This document shows, piece after piece, positions 47,130-58,750 of a stretch of DNA of 64,000 nt (position 1 is the stretch's first letter; each line of letters starts with the position of its first letter). The stretch spans positions 124,001-188,000 of the forward strand of contig NIVC01000600.1 of NCBI GenBank assembly GCA_002269645.1, given 5' to 3'. The notes beneath the pieces are model-generated. The model made no database searches. It was not told the DNA's origin and worked only from the letters and a program-made list of their open reading frames with translations. Position numbers and translations under genes: made by a program. Source of the stretch: Macrostomum lignano (lineage: Eukaryota).

Positions 47130-48734
47130 CTACAACCAAGGACATCTAGGACTTTTACAATGATAACGGTCCTTGGCATTAAAGTTAACTATAAAAGTCT
47201 CTACAAAGTCAAAGGGGTGGCAGTTGGCCAGACTAAAACATTTGAGAAAAGTCTCAAATTCGTACTGATTCAGAAAAGCCCTGCTTGAAATCCCCCCGAG
47301 TCTATGAATGCATGCAAGGTATGCAGAATCGATGCAGAGGCAGAGACTTGCCCCTACGTCGTGGTGCTGTAAGGAGGAGTCGTGGTCACGGTTTCGCTTT
47401 CCGACGTCACGGACCGGCTCTTCTGAGCGGCGATCACGCAGAGAACAACAAGGGCGATCACGATGGCCAAGAAAATAACCACCGCGGCCGCTGTCACGAA
47501 TCGAGTTGCCGTGTGATTCTCCAGCAGCATGGACCGTTCGTGGTCCTCCCTGGTCCTGTAGCAGCCCAACACGGCCAACTGCCGTCTTGCCCAGCCCATC
47601 TCGCTCAGGCTGCCGTGCAGCTCGCAGTTCGCCTCGCCGCAAAGCCTGCAGTACCGCGTGGCCTCGTCAGACACCGTCCCCCCTGCCGCTTCAGCGTCTG
47701 AGGCGTCGACATCGTCGCGTCGACCGAAGGGCAGCCGGCTGAACAGACGGGCGGCCAGACTGGTTCTCCGAGATCGCGACTGCGACGACCGTTGCAGGTC
47801 GGACGAGCTGAACTCGACCTGACCGCTGCCGCCGCTTCCGCCGCTGGGGCCGCCGGGGCCGCCGCTGCCGCCACCGCTGCTTCCTGCCACGGCAGCGCCG
47901 CTGGTGCCGCCAACGCCACCGGCGCCGCCGCCGATGGAGGGCCGGGCGCCGAACAATCGCTTCAGGCGCTCTTTGAAGTCGTCGCCGCTCTGGTCGAGGC
48001 CGGCGGTGGCCAGCGTCACCTCCTGCAGCATCGGGCCGCCGGAGACGCTGTAGCGGCGCGACTGGCGCCGAGAGCCGGTTGCACCATCCGCGCCTGTGCT
48101 GGAGGAGGCGCCATCGCCGCCGACGCGGCCGAGGAGGTCCAAGCTGCTGCCTTTGCGGCTCAGCCCGACTGAGCCGACTTCGAATCGGCGCGGGTTGGCA
48201 ACCGGCGGCTTTTGAGACGTTAAAGATCGCTTTTGCGGCTGCTGCTGGGCATCCGCACTGGGGGTCGCTGCTGATGCGACCTGCGGAAAATTTAGTTTGA
48301 TTCAGAGAAATTTGAAACCAAAACGGACTAACAGTTATCACTTTCACAAGCATTTCGCGCAGAAACTTACTGCAGAGGAATCCCGCTTCTGTTGACTCGA
48401 ATCCATCGCAGGTGCTCGTGCAGCCGCAGTCGCGCCGCCACCGTCCAGATCGACGGTGCTGCCACCGCGAGTTGCAGCCGCTTCCGCGGCTGTCGCCTCA
48501 CAAGCTGGACTGCTGCCGCCGCTCTGGTAAGCGCTCTCCTCCGACTCGAAGCTACCGTGCAGCAGCCGGCTCTGTTGGGGCGTCGGGCCCAACTTTGGCG
48601 GCGCGGGAGTCGCCGAGACAGTGGTGGTGCCGATATTGTCATCTGGATAGACCCGGTTAACCTTATTGGGCCGGCTGAACAGGTGGCGCTGCGGTCCGGA
48701 TATTGTTTGGGGGTTAGATTGGTTGAGGAACTGT
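47130..48734 (-). CDS. Uncharacterised single-pass membrane protein; exons 48734-48371, 48280-47358 and probably 47301-47130; 5' exons further upstream not resolved
   Basis: Acceptor CTAACAG ending at 48735, donor GTAAGT at 48370, acceptor TTCCGCAG ending at 48281 (phase 0). TM segment FVTAAAVVIFLAIVIALVVLCVIAA. A phase-compatible 56-nt GT-AG intron (47357-47302) extends the frame into a Cys-containing tail ending CKSPRCPWL; the unspliced frame stops at 47354. Confidence 0.65.
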
Positions 48735-48785
48735 CTGTTAGAAGCAAAACATCACAGATGATGAACGGAGAATTGGCTACGTAGT

Positions 48786-49050
48786 TACGGATGTAAACAG
48801 TCGATGAGTCAATGATCACGGATGTAAACAGTCGATGAGTCAAAGATCACGGATGTAAACAGTCGATGAGTCAAAGATCACGGATGTAAACAGTCGATGA
48901 GTCAATGATCCCGGATGTAAACAGTCGATGAGTCAATGATCCTGGATGTAAACAGTCGATGAGTCAAAGATCACCGATGTAAACAGCCGATGAGTCAAAG
49001 ATCACGGATGTAAACAGTCGATGAGCTAAAGATCACGGATGTGAAAAGTC
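48786..49050. repeat. 31-bp minisatellite (GATCACGGATGTAAACAGTCGATGAGTCAAW)n, 8 copies
   Basis: GTAAACA at 48793, 48824, 48855, 48886, 48917, 48948, 48979 and 49010. Confidence 0.95.
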
Positions 49051-49639
49051 GATGAGCTGCAGATCATGGATGAGATAAGGTGTTAGTCAGCTAGGACACA
49101 GATCATGGTTGATGAACCGTCATCCACGATGTGCTAGTTTACTATCTCTTCTAATCAGTAGCACCGAAGATACAATTCGTTACTTTTTGTCATGTCCTGC
49201 TGCCTGCAGCCTGGAAGCAAACACCTCTCTATCCCTCTCACCAAATCAAGTCGACAGTTTAAAGCTTGCTTTTGGAGGGGAAGTCCAGCTGACAAATCAG
49301 CTCATTGTTGAGTGCCCTCTCTCTCTCTATTCAAATAGGTATATTTCTGGCTAATTAATGCAATTGTCTGCTTTAGTGGTTAAAAATAGCTTTGCTCGGT
49401 TTTCTCGAGCGTGGGTGGAGGATACAGTAATATTGCAATGGTTTTCGCTTCAGCCAAGCAGAAGTGCTGGGGCTGCAATATTCAATTTGATTGATTAAAC
49501 CTCCGCAAGCTCTGCGCAGAGATTTCTTCATGGATGTCGGCAGCTGTTTGGCGGGCCAAATTTTTCATTGTATTAATTGGAGAGTTCTTTTTTGTAGAAG
49601 CAATGATGTATAGTAATATATTGTCTTACTTATTATATG

Positions 49640-50900
49640 GTTAGACTGTCAGTGAGCTACAGATCACGGATTTTGAACTGTCAGTGAGCTACATATACTG
49701 GATGCTGAACTGTCAGTGAGCTAGTTAGCTACAGATCACGGATGTTGAACTGTCAGTGAGCTAGTGAGCTACAGATCACGGATGTTGAACTGTCAGTGAG
49801 CTAGTGAGCTACAGATCACGGATGCTGAACTGTCAGTGAGCTAGTGAACTACAGATCACGGATGTTGAGCTGTCAGTGAGCTAGTGAGCTACAGATCACT
49901 GATGTTACACTGTCAGTGAGCTAGTGAGCTACAGATCACGGATGTTGAGCTGTCAGCTAGTGAGCTACAGATCACTGATGTTACACTGTCAGTGAGCTAG
50001 TGAGCTACAGATCACGGATGTTGAGCTGTCAGTGAGCTAGTGAGCTACAGATCACGGATGTTGAACTGTCAGTGAGCTACATATACTGGATGCTGAACTG
50101 TCAGTGAGCTAGTTAGCTACAGATCACGGATGTTACACTGTCAGTGAGCTAGTGAGCTACAGATCACGGATGTTGAGCTGTCGTGAGCTAGTGAGCTACA
50201 GATCACGATGTTAACTGTCAGTGAGCTAGTGAGCTACAGATCACGGATGTTGAGCTGTCAGTGAGCTAGTGAGCTACAGATCACGGATGTTGAACTGTCA
50301 GTGAGCTACATATACTGGATGCTGAACTGTCAGTGAGCTAGTTAGCTACAGATCACGGATATCGAACTGTCAGTGAGCTAGTGAGCTACAGATCACTGAT
50401 GTTACACTGTCAGTGAGCTAGTGAGCTACAGATCATGGATGTGAACTGTCAGTGAGCTAGTGAGCTACAGATCACGGATGTTGAACTGTCAGTGAGCTAC
50501 AGATCACGGCTGATGTCAGTGAGCTACTACAGTCACGGATGTTGAGCTAGCTAGTGATACAGATGATGATGTCAGTGAGCTAGTGAGCTACAGTCACGGA
50601 TGTTGAGCTGTCAGTGAGCTAGTGAGCTACAGATCACGGATAACTGTCAGTGAGCTACTGTACATGTGAGTCAGTGAGCTAGAGCTACAGATCACGGATG
50701 AACTGTCAGTGAGCTACTGTCAGGATGAGCTGTCAGTGAGCTACTACAGATCATGGATGTCAGTGAGCTAGTGAGCTGATCACTGATGTTACACTGTCAG
50801 TGAGCTAGTATAACAGATCATGGATGTTGAACTGTCAGTGAGCTACATATAATGGACGTTGAACTGTCAGTGAGCTAGTTAGCTACAAATCACGGATTTA
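49640..50900. repeat. About 32-40-bp minisatellite (GTCAGTGAGCTAGTGAGCTACAGATCACGGATGTTGAACT)n
   Basis: Direct copies, increasingly degenerate after about 50150. Confidence 0.92.
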
Positions 50901-52564
50901 GGACTGCCAGCGAGTCAGCGAGCTAGAGATAGAGTTACGGGCTAGATGTTGAACAGTCAAATGTTGAGCTAAGTGTCAAGTGTCAAATAGGTCAGAGAAA
51001 TATAGATCGCTATTTTTGAACAGAAATGAAATGAACTACAGAAATGATCACGGCTGCAGCGCAGTCTGGTATAGTGCTGCAAATATGTATAAATATCCGT
51101 AGAATTCCTAATGATTACTGTTGACAAAATCGTTTGAAAAAGTCTAGAAGCAGTGAGGTAGTGCTTACCTTGGCCACCGCTGACGGGGACCGAGAGTCAA
51201 TCATCGTACTTTTGCAGTTTCGGTGAATAGCGGAGGTCTGGTCTCACTTGCCATCACCCGGGCCGCGAAGATGGACAGCAGTTTCGGTCTGTTGACTTTT
51301 CAATCAATTCCGGTATGGGTTTGAGCGCTTTTAAGCAAATTGATTGAAGCTCTCGTTGGCTGAAGCAGCGTAGGTTAGCGAGATGAACTGCCGACAATAT
51401 GCACTGCATGTCGGTTTTGTGTGTCTCAGAAAGCGGCCGCGTCCCTTTTTTGGAGGCTTTTTTCTGCCCGGCCATGATAATCTGTCGCGTTGGCAACAAT
51501 ACGAGCTCAATGCTTCCCGCCCGCAGGTAACACATGCGCGCCAATGGATAAGCGCAGAGAAGCGGGTGATGCGTCTTCGTTTACTTAATTCCCCCCCCAT
51601 AGCCAAGTGGAGGCTCAGCGTCATAGGAGGAGCTGCTCAATGCCCACCCGACCGCCCTGCAGTGCGCATTTGGCTGGCATATCCTACTGCTCCGCACCTG
51701 CACCTGCGTTTCCTTTTTAGCGTCTCTCTCTCTCTCCTTATTTTCCAGGAATTAATAGAAGAAGGAAGTTGCCGGAGGTCTCCACGCCATTGTTGTCCAA
51801 GGATGCCGGGGCTTGCTGTGGCAATTGATGAAGAACCGATGCTGGGCTGCTAGCTGGCTCATTCAGACGCTGCGAGGTGATGCCGACTTAAAAGAGCATC
51901 GACTGGTTGGATGAAGTGTGCATCGTAAACTCGCTGGGAAGAGGCTGCAGCCAGCTGCCTTGGTGTTGTTTTGCCTTGTCGAGTGCAGCGTTGACAACGA
52001 ATGTAGAAGCCGCTGCCCTTGTAGACCGGTTTTAGCCCGCAAAAGGCATTAGCTAGAGATGGGAGCATTTTTATTTGTTTAGCTCTGAATTCACAATATC
52101 TCACCTGGACTTCAGAGCTCCAAATGAAGCAGGTGTGTGTGCGTTTTTCCCCAGATTAGACTCACAAGTTTATCAAGCTATTGTTTCCTAAAATCCCACA
52201 GGAGACCGGCAAGTAAGAGCCAACCAATTTTGTCTATGGCGAAGCTTATTTAGCGAGCTATGTAGAAATTGCTATTGTATCTCGCTGGTGCGTGTTTTAA
52301 ATAAAAGTTATTTCCGTTTATTTATTTCTTTGGTTCGAAGCTTTTGATTCAGACCATAGACTAAAATGAACGGACATAATATTTTTATACCCCGGCCGTT
52401 TGGCCAAACTAACACTGTACATTTTAACCATAGACAAATGTTGATTTGATGCAGTTCACGAAAACGACTGTTTTCGAGTTTGGTATTTCAAATTGAGTGG
52501 TTGTCTCTACTTAATCGTTTTAATTTTAATCTGTGACACTTTCGCGTTAGTTTCAACTTGATGT

Positions 52565-52924
52565 ATGGTAGAAATCTTTCGATCGTGGCACAAAAGGAAG
52601 AAGACTCAATGGGCTAAGGCAGAATATGGACCGAGTTTGATGGTGTTGGGTGATCTATCCGAGATAAGCAAGCACGATCTCAACTACGTTCTTAAGTGGT
52701 TTATCTTAGAGATAAAAAAATAAGTGTGGTGTTCGCATGGCGCTTCTACATTGAAGGATTTTTTCAGTACGAGTATGTTGCAATACTTGGTTAACGAATG
52801 TGGAAAGCCATGGACCCTCTGGAAGGACGTGGATTGCGTCGTGCAGGACCTGTACCATCTAGCATCGAATAGAAGCTCTGGTCTGAAGGTGTGCTCGGTA
52901 GTGATAGTCCACGACAACTGGTGA
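52565..52924 (+). pseudogene. Degenerate Crypton/DUF3504-like (ZMYM/QRICH1/KCTD1-type tyrosine-recombinase-derived) fragment
   Basis: One frame reads VEIFRSWHKRKK...DLSEISKHDLNYVLKWFILEIKK*VWCSHGASTLKDFFSTSMLQYLVNECG...WKD with one in-frame TAA (52721-52723). It resembles the recalled pattern 'F..W...R...DL.....ELNYWL..F.LE.RK.DG..YPP.TL......LQRYL'. Confidence 0.5.
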
Positions 52925-54119
52925 GTTCCGCGATTTGGGATGTGGGAAAACATTTCGCACTACGCGGTGGTTTGGAGTTGCGAGTTGTTCAATACTCGTA
53001 ACCGTTAGCTATTGTACATCATTATAATCTGTTGAATAAACTTGTTTGATTACTTTCCTGCTTATTCATTGTCATTTATTTGGATCGTTTATTTGGCCGG
53101 GTCAGATAAATGTTTTTTTAAATTGGACCATAGACTTTTTTGGCGCGGCCAAAAGGGGTATGACTTGTTACTGTGTAAGAAACGCAGTTGTCTATGGTCT
53201 GAACACATTAAACAAAACGCAGGTCAGCGTGTAAGAAACGCAGTGTCTGGACCATAGACAACTGCGTCGATTACACGCTGACCAAAATAAATGAAAGTAA
53301 CAACGTATATTTTGTTTTTTTTTCAAAATGCAGGTAAACTGAACTGATTATATAAACAAAGCAAATTCAAACATCGTTCACAGAAAGCAAACTAACAATG
53401 TAAATCAGTGATTACGTCAGCCATGTCCCTAATCACGAAACACACAGTTGTAGAGCAGTCCGTAGAAATTGAACACAATAGGTCGATTGCCAAATGGTAG
53501 ACGAATCCATGGTAACAATGGCAGCCGGTACGTGTATTGATTGATTGACTATTGTCGCTGACTCGATAAACTGTAGTTGAAACAACCGCGCCTTCTTGCC
53601 TGGCAGCTATTGGCATACTTGCAGGATCCGCTCCAGACACAGGAACTGGGATTACCCGCGCTTCCTTGATTCGGCTGATACCAGATTCCTGCCATAGGAA
53701 TGCAGCGACAGCGACAGACTCTGCGATATTTACCTCATCTCGGCGATCCACGGTCCTTTTGAGTGGGCTCTATTCTAAAATTCTATTTTTTGCTATTTCG
53801 ATCTGGATTGCTCCTTTCTTATAGTCTTACAGTCAGCATGAAAGAAAAGAGTTGTCTATGGGTGACGGCCATTCAGTGCAGCCTGTAAGAAACGCAACTG
53901 TAAATGTAATATACTATTGAGATGACACTAATACATTGATGCCGCGTGATAAAATGGTCTTGGCACGAGTGCGTGCACGAGCCAAAAATCCAGTTAAAAA
54001 ACCAAACCTGCCAATTGCCGTTTCTGCCTATCTTTAATATACAGTAGTGCCTTTTCAAAACTGTTCTTAGCAACCTGCAAACCAACCCTCCCACTAAACA
54101 ATTGATTCGTTAACTCACT

Positions 54120-54262
54120 GGTGAAACGCACCGGCGAAATGCACTGGCGAAATGCACTGGAGAAAAACACAGGTGAAACACACAGGTAGAACCCACAGGT
54201 GAAACACACAGGTAGAATCCACAGGTGAAACACACAGGTAGAATCCACAGTTGAAACACACG
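54120..54262. repeat. Short tandem repeats (AAATGCACTGG)n and (GAAACACACAGGTAGAAYCCACAGGT)n
   Basis: Direct reading, 3-4 copies. Confidence 0.75.
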
Positions 54263-55230
54263 CTCTCCACTTTGCTCCCTATTTCAATTGTTTTGTCTGT
54301 CTCATGCTCAAATTTTCCAGTGTTCTACACAAAATTCCAACTTCTTCACTACGAGTCTACTTAGTCCAGTAGTAATAAGCAAATTTGATTTGAACAAAAA
54401 ATTTATCTCTTTTTTTCTCTGATCCGTTGAAAATCAAATAGCGATACAAATGCACCCTTTAGTTTGCGCTGTTATCAGTTGCATAACTTCAAAGGTAAAA
54501 ACAATTTTTATTTGCCCTCTTAGAGGCCAAGCAGCAGTCTGGTGCGCACTCGCAGGTGGCATAAGTTGTTGCAGCAGCTTGCGCAATACATTTCTGCTTT
54601 CGTAGCAATAAATTTTCCGAAAAATGACTCCAACACAGAGACCGATCGCTTGCACTGCGTTACAGTACATTTGACATTTTATGCTAAACTATTCTACCTT
54701 AGAGTAGACTGAAAGCGCTTCATTAGTTTAAATCAAAACTTGGTGTGCATAAAATTATAAAGCAAAAATAAATTCAAATTTGCAGATTTATTTGTTTATT
54801 TGATGATAAATTTGTTTGAGTCATCTGAACCGCTTGAATCAAGAAATTTTTGCACAACGTGTGTTAGATTTGACGTCATTCCTTCTATTGCGAAGAAACA
54901 CGAAGTTATGCAACAGAAAGCATAACATTAACCAAACTATACTGTGTTTCTGTGTACAATTATGGAAAACCAAACATTATACTGGGCTGTAGTCAGGAAG
55001 TTCAAGCCAGTCCAGAATTACTTCAACAACAGTTCTCGGCTGCAAATCGAGCAATTTGAAAACTCGGCCTTTGAAAACTAGGGAAACGGCAATTTGAGCA
55101 ATTACCCACGGTCTGTACTTTATCAAAGTTTATTTTTTAACAAATTCCACGCGATTTATCATCGAAATAAAACTAAATTCCGTTTTGCGCTCGATTTTGA
55201 ATTTTCTCGCTCATTTATTCTCGAAATCTT

Positions 55231-55540
55231 GCGCCATTTCCTCTAGATATTTGGCGCCATTTTCTCTAGATATTTGACACCATTTCCTGTAGATATTTAG
55301 CGCCATTTCCTCTAGATAAGGATATTTGGCTCCATTTCTTCTGGATATTTGGCGCCATTTCCTCAGGCGCCATTTCCTTAGGCGCCATTTCCTCAGGCGC
55401 CATTTCCTCAGGCGCCATTTCCTCAGGCGCCATTTCCTCAGGTGCCATTTCCTCAGGCGCCATTTCCTCAGGCGCCATCTCCTCAGGCGCCATTTCCTTA
55501 GGCGCCATTTCCTCAGGCGCCATTTCCTCAGGCGCCACTT
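55231..55540. repeat. 15-bp minisatellite (GGCGCCATTTCCTCA)n preceded by longer related units
   Basis: About 12 copies of the 15-mer from about 55350; explains ORFs 55266-55568 and 55326-55910. Confidence 0.93.
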
Positions 55541-56099
55541 TCTCTATAAATTTAGCTCGTCCCCTCAAATAATGCTATTCCCCCATATCCCGAAGTCAAT
55601 AAGTACCCGTCCATCATGTTTGGCAGTAAAACTACCTACGAGCATTTCCAATGCAGACGTCTGTAAGCCAGTTAGCAAATTCATAATGTTTTTAAATAGC
55701 CAAGAATCCGAAAAACCGGCACGGTGTCTGTTCCGCCTTATCTCTTCGTTCGCTGTGAAGTGGGTGCAGCCGCACTACTTGACTCGCAAAAAACTACACA
55801 GAAACCCTGCAGTCCCGAGCGCTCACCATATTTTGAGCAGGAAAACCCAGAGTCTGTCAGCAGAAGAGGTGAAAAATCTTTCACAGAAGCAGAAATTCAG
55901 GTTCAAGTAAATTATTTATGCCAAACTCCCAAATCAACCCGTACTGATCTTCCTTCAGATCTTAAATCTCTCTGCTCCTTGCTCAAGCTAAGGAATCTGC
56001 TTCTTGTCTGCTTCCGGATTTGCTTATTTCCGCTGAGGTGCTCCCTCTCTTCCTGACAAACGGCGTTTGCTGTCGCTTTTAAGTTGTTATTACACTCTA

Positions 56100-57712
56100 C
56101 ACAGATCTCTTTCTGCTTCGAGTTGCTCTACTCTCCCCTGTTCTCTGTCTCCATTCCCCTGTTCTCTATCTCGTCTCTCCTGTTCTCTGTCTCCATTCCC
56201 CCGTTCTCTGTCTCTACTCCCCTGTTCTCTGTCTCCTCTCTCCTGTTCTCTGTCTCCTCTCTCCTGTTCTCCTGTCCTCTCTCCTGTCTCTTCTCCCCTG
56301 TTCTCTGTTTCTTCTTCCCTGTACTCTGTCTCCTTTCCCCTGTTCTCTGTCTCCATTCCCCTGTTCTGTGTCTCCTCTTCCCTGTTCTCTGTCTTCTCTC
56401 TCCTTTTCTCTGGCTCCTCTCCCCTGTTCTGTTTCACCTCTCCCCTGTTCTATGTCTCCTCTCCCCTGTTCTCTGTCTTCTCTTCCCTGTTCTCTGTCCT
56501 CTCTCCCCTGTTCTCTGTCTCCTCTTCCCTGTTCTCTGTCTTCTCTCCCCTGTTCTCTGTCTCCATTCCCCCGTTCTCTGTCTCTACTCCCCTGTTCTCT
56601 GTCTCCTCTCCCCTGTTCTCTGTCTCCTCTCCCCTGTTCTCTGTCTCCTCTCCCCTGTTCTCTGTCTCCTCTCCCCTGTTCTCTGTCTCCTCTCTCCTGT
56701 TCTCTGTCTCCATTCCCCCGTTCTCTGTCTCTACTCCCCTGTTCTCTGTCTACTCTCTCCTGTTCTCTGTCTGCTCTCTCCTGTTCTCTGTCTCCTCTCT
56801 CCTGTTCTCTGTCTCCTCTCTCCTGTTCTCTGTCTCCATTCCCCCGTTCTCTGTCTCTACTCCCCTGTTCTCTGTCTCCTCTCCCCTGTTCTCTGTCTCC
56901 TCTCTCCTGTTCTCTGTCTCCATTCCCCCGTTCTCTGTCTCTACTCCCCTGTTCTCTGTCTACTCTCTCCTGTTCTCTGTCTGCTCTCTCCTGTTCTCTG
57001 TCTCCTCTCTCCTGTTCTCTGTCTCCTCTCTCCTGTTCTCCTGTCCTCTCTCCTGTCTCTTCTCCCCTGTTCTCTGTTTCTTCTTCCCTGTTCTCTGTCT
57101 CCATTCCCCTGTTCTGTGTCTCCTCTCCCCTGTTTTCTGTCTCCTCTTCCCTGTTCTCTGTCTCCTCTCCCCTTTTCTCTGTCTCCATTCCCCTGTTCTC
57201 TGTCTCCTCTCTCCTGTTCTCTGTCTCCTCTCTCCTTTTCTCTGTCTCCTCTCTCCTGTTCTCTGTCTTCTCTCTCCTTTTCTCTGTCTCCATTCCCCCG
57301 TTCTCTGTCTCCTCTCTCCTGTTCTCTGTCTCCTCTTCCCTGTTCTCTGTCTCCTCTCCCCTGTTGTCTGTCTCCATTCCCCTGTTCTCTGTCTTCTCTC
57401 TCCTTTTCTCTGTCTCCATTCGCCCGTTCTCTGTCTCCTCTCTCCTGTTCTCTGTCTCCTCTCTCCTGTTCTCTGTCTTCTCTCTCCTGTTCTCTGTCTG
57501 CTCTCTCCTGTTCTCTGTCTCCTCTCTCCTGTTCTCTGTCTTCTCTCTCCTGTTCTCTGTCTCCTCTCTCCTGTTCTCCTGTCCTCTCTCCTGTCTCTTC
57601 TCCCCTGTTCTCTGTCTCCTCTCCCCTGTTGTCTGTCTCCATTCCCTGTTCTCTGTCTTCATTCCCTGTTCGCTTTCTCCCCTCCCCTGTTCTCTGTCTC
57701 CTCTGTTCTATC
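56100..57712. repeat. About 21-bp polypyrimidine minisatellite (CTCCTCTCCCCTGTTCTCTGT)n, 1.6 kb
   Basis: Direct copies; source of all ORFs between 56067 and 57769. Confidence 0.96.
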
Positions 57713-57714
57713 GC

Positions 57715-57822
57715 TGAGCTGAGGCAATACAGAGCCAAGTGTCTTGCTCAAGGATGCAAATTATCCTGAGTGGGTCGAGAATCGAACCCCCGACCTTGCA
57801 GTCGCGAGTCCGGCTAGCACAA
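57715..57822 (-). mobile_element. Truncated tRNA-derived SINE-like fragment
   Basis: Minus strand reads GACTCGCGACTGCAAGGTCGGGGGTTCGATTCTCGACCC...TCCTTGAGCAAGACACTT; shares AAGGTCGGGGGTTCGATT with the 26434-26670 copy. Confidence 0.5.
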
Positions 57823-58750
57823 CTTAATGTAAAAAGCAGAGTCAAGAAAAAGAAGAATTCGAACATTTATACCGCTATATATATAATAAAATAAAGGCAA
57901 TTATTGTTTTTTATTTTTTTGATAGCGGTTAATACCGGAACACGCAAAGCAGCATACTTTTAATAACAAAATAATAGTTGTGAATGAAGATTTGGTATTT
58001 TATATAGTGCCACTCTATACCGGTTTGGTAAAGCATCTTGCAAGACATCAATGACGGATGGGGTCATGAAGGGAGCCATCAACAAGGTTAAACGCCACTT
58101 ATATCATATTGAAGGTGAGAAAAATGCACGAGATGGATTTTTTGCCTGGCATTTCGGATGCACAGGTGCAGGCCAGGGCCTATAAATGGCAACTCAGCAT
58201 TATTTATAGTATTTATAGTACATTATGAGTACATTTCTCAGGCATCAGTTCTTCAGTAATCTACTAATGCAGCACATCCAACAACAAGAAAATTGAATAA
58301 TATTATAGTAATAACAGTAATAATAAAATAAAGGGCAAAACTGAAAGTAAATCTGCCGAATGGATGCGAATGGCCCAAACACCGCCAGATGAGAATTGCA
58401 CTGCATCAACAGGTGGTGTGGCCCATATGCATTCGGTACGAGAGCGCAATAACGGAAAATATATAAATATGCATAATCATCCTTTCTCTGATCGGGTATT
58501 TTGTACAGATTTTCGCGCGAGGCTTCTGTTCTCTAAGTTCAGCTTGCTTTTTTCAACAAGTTATACAGTTATACAGCAAGGACGCACGGAGAGAAACCGC
58601 AGCCAATGGCTAATGATGCACCACCTGGTAAAGTATTTTTTAAAAGTCTGTCTTTGAATTCGAATGCAATGCTTTGTAGTCAGAGTATTTCATATAGGGG
58701 GGTTTCATGGGGGGGGTTGCGAAGCCGCGATCCGCTTCAGGTTGCGGAAG

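Noticed and set aside
50150-50900. Rapid degeneration of the minisatellite as a biological gradient
   Set aside because: Scattered 1-3-nt deletions look like unpolished long-read consensus error; needs raw reads.
51254-52104. Short minus- and plus-strand ORFs upstream of the membrane-protein gene
   Set aside because: No recognisable motifs or consistent splice chain; may be 5'-UTR or promoter sequence.
56067-57769. 450-560-aa ORFs (Leu/Ser/Pro/Cys-rich on +, Glu/Arg-rich coiled-coil-like on -)
   Set aside because: Open in nearly all frames because they lie in the 21-bp pyrimidine minisatellite.
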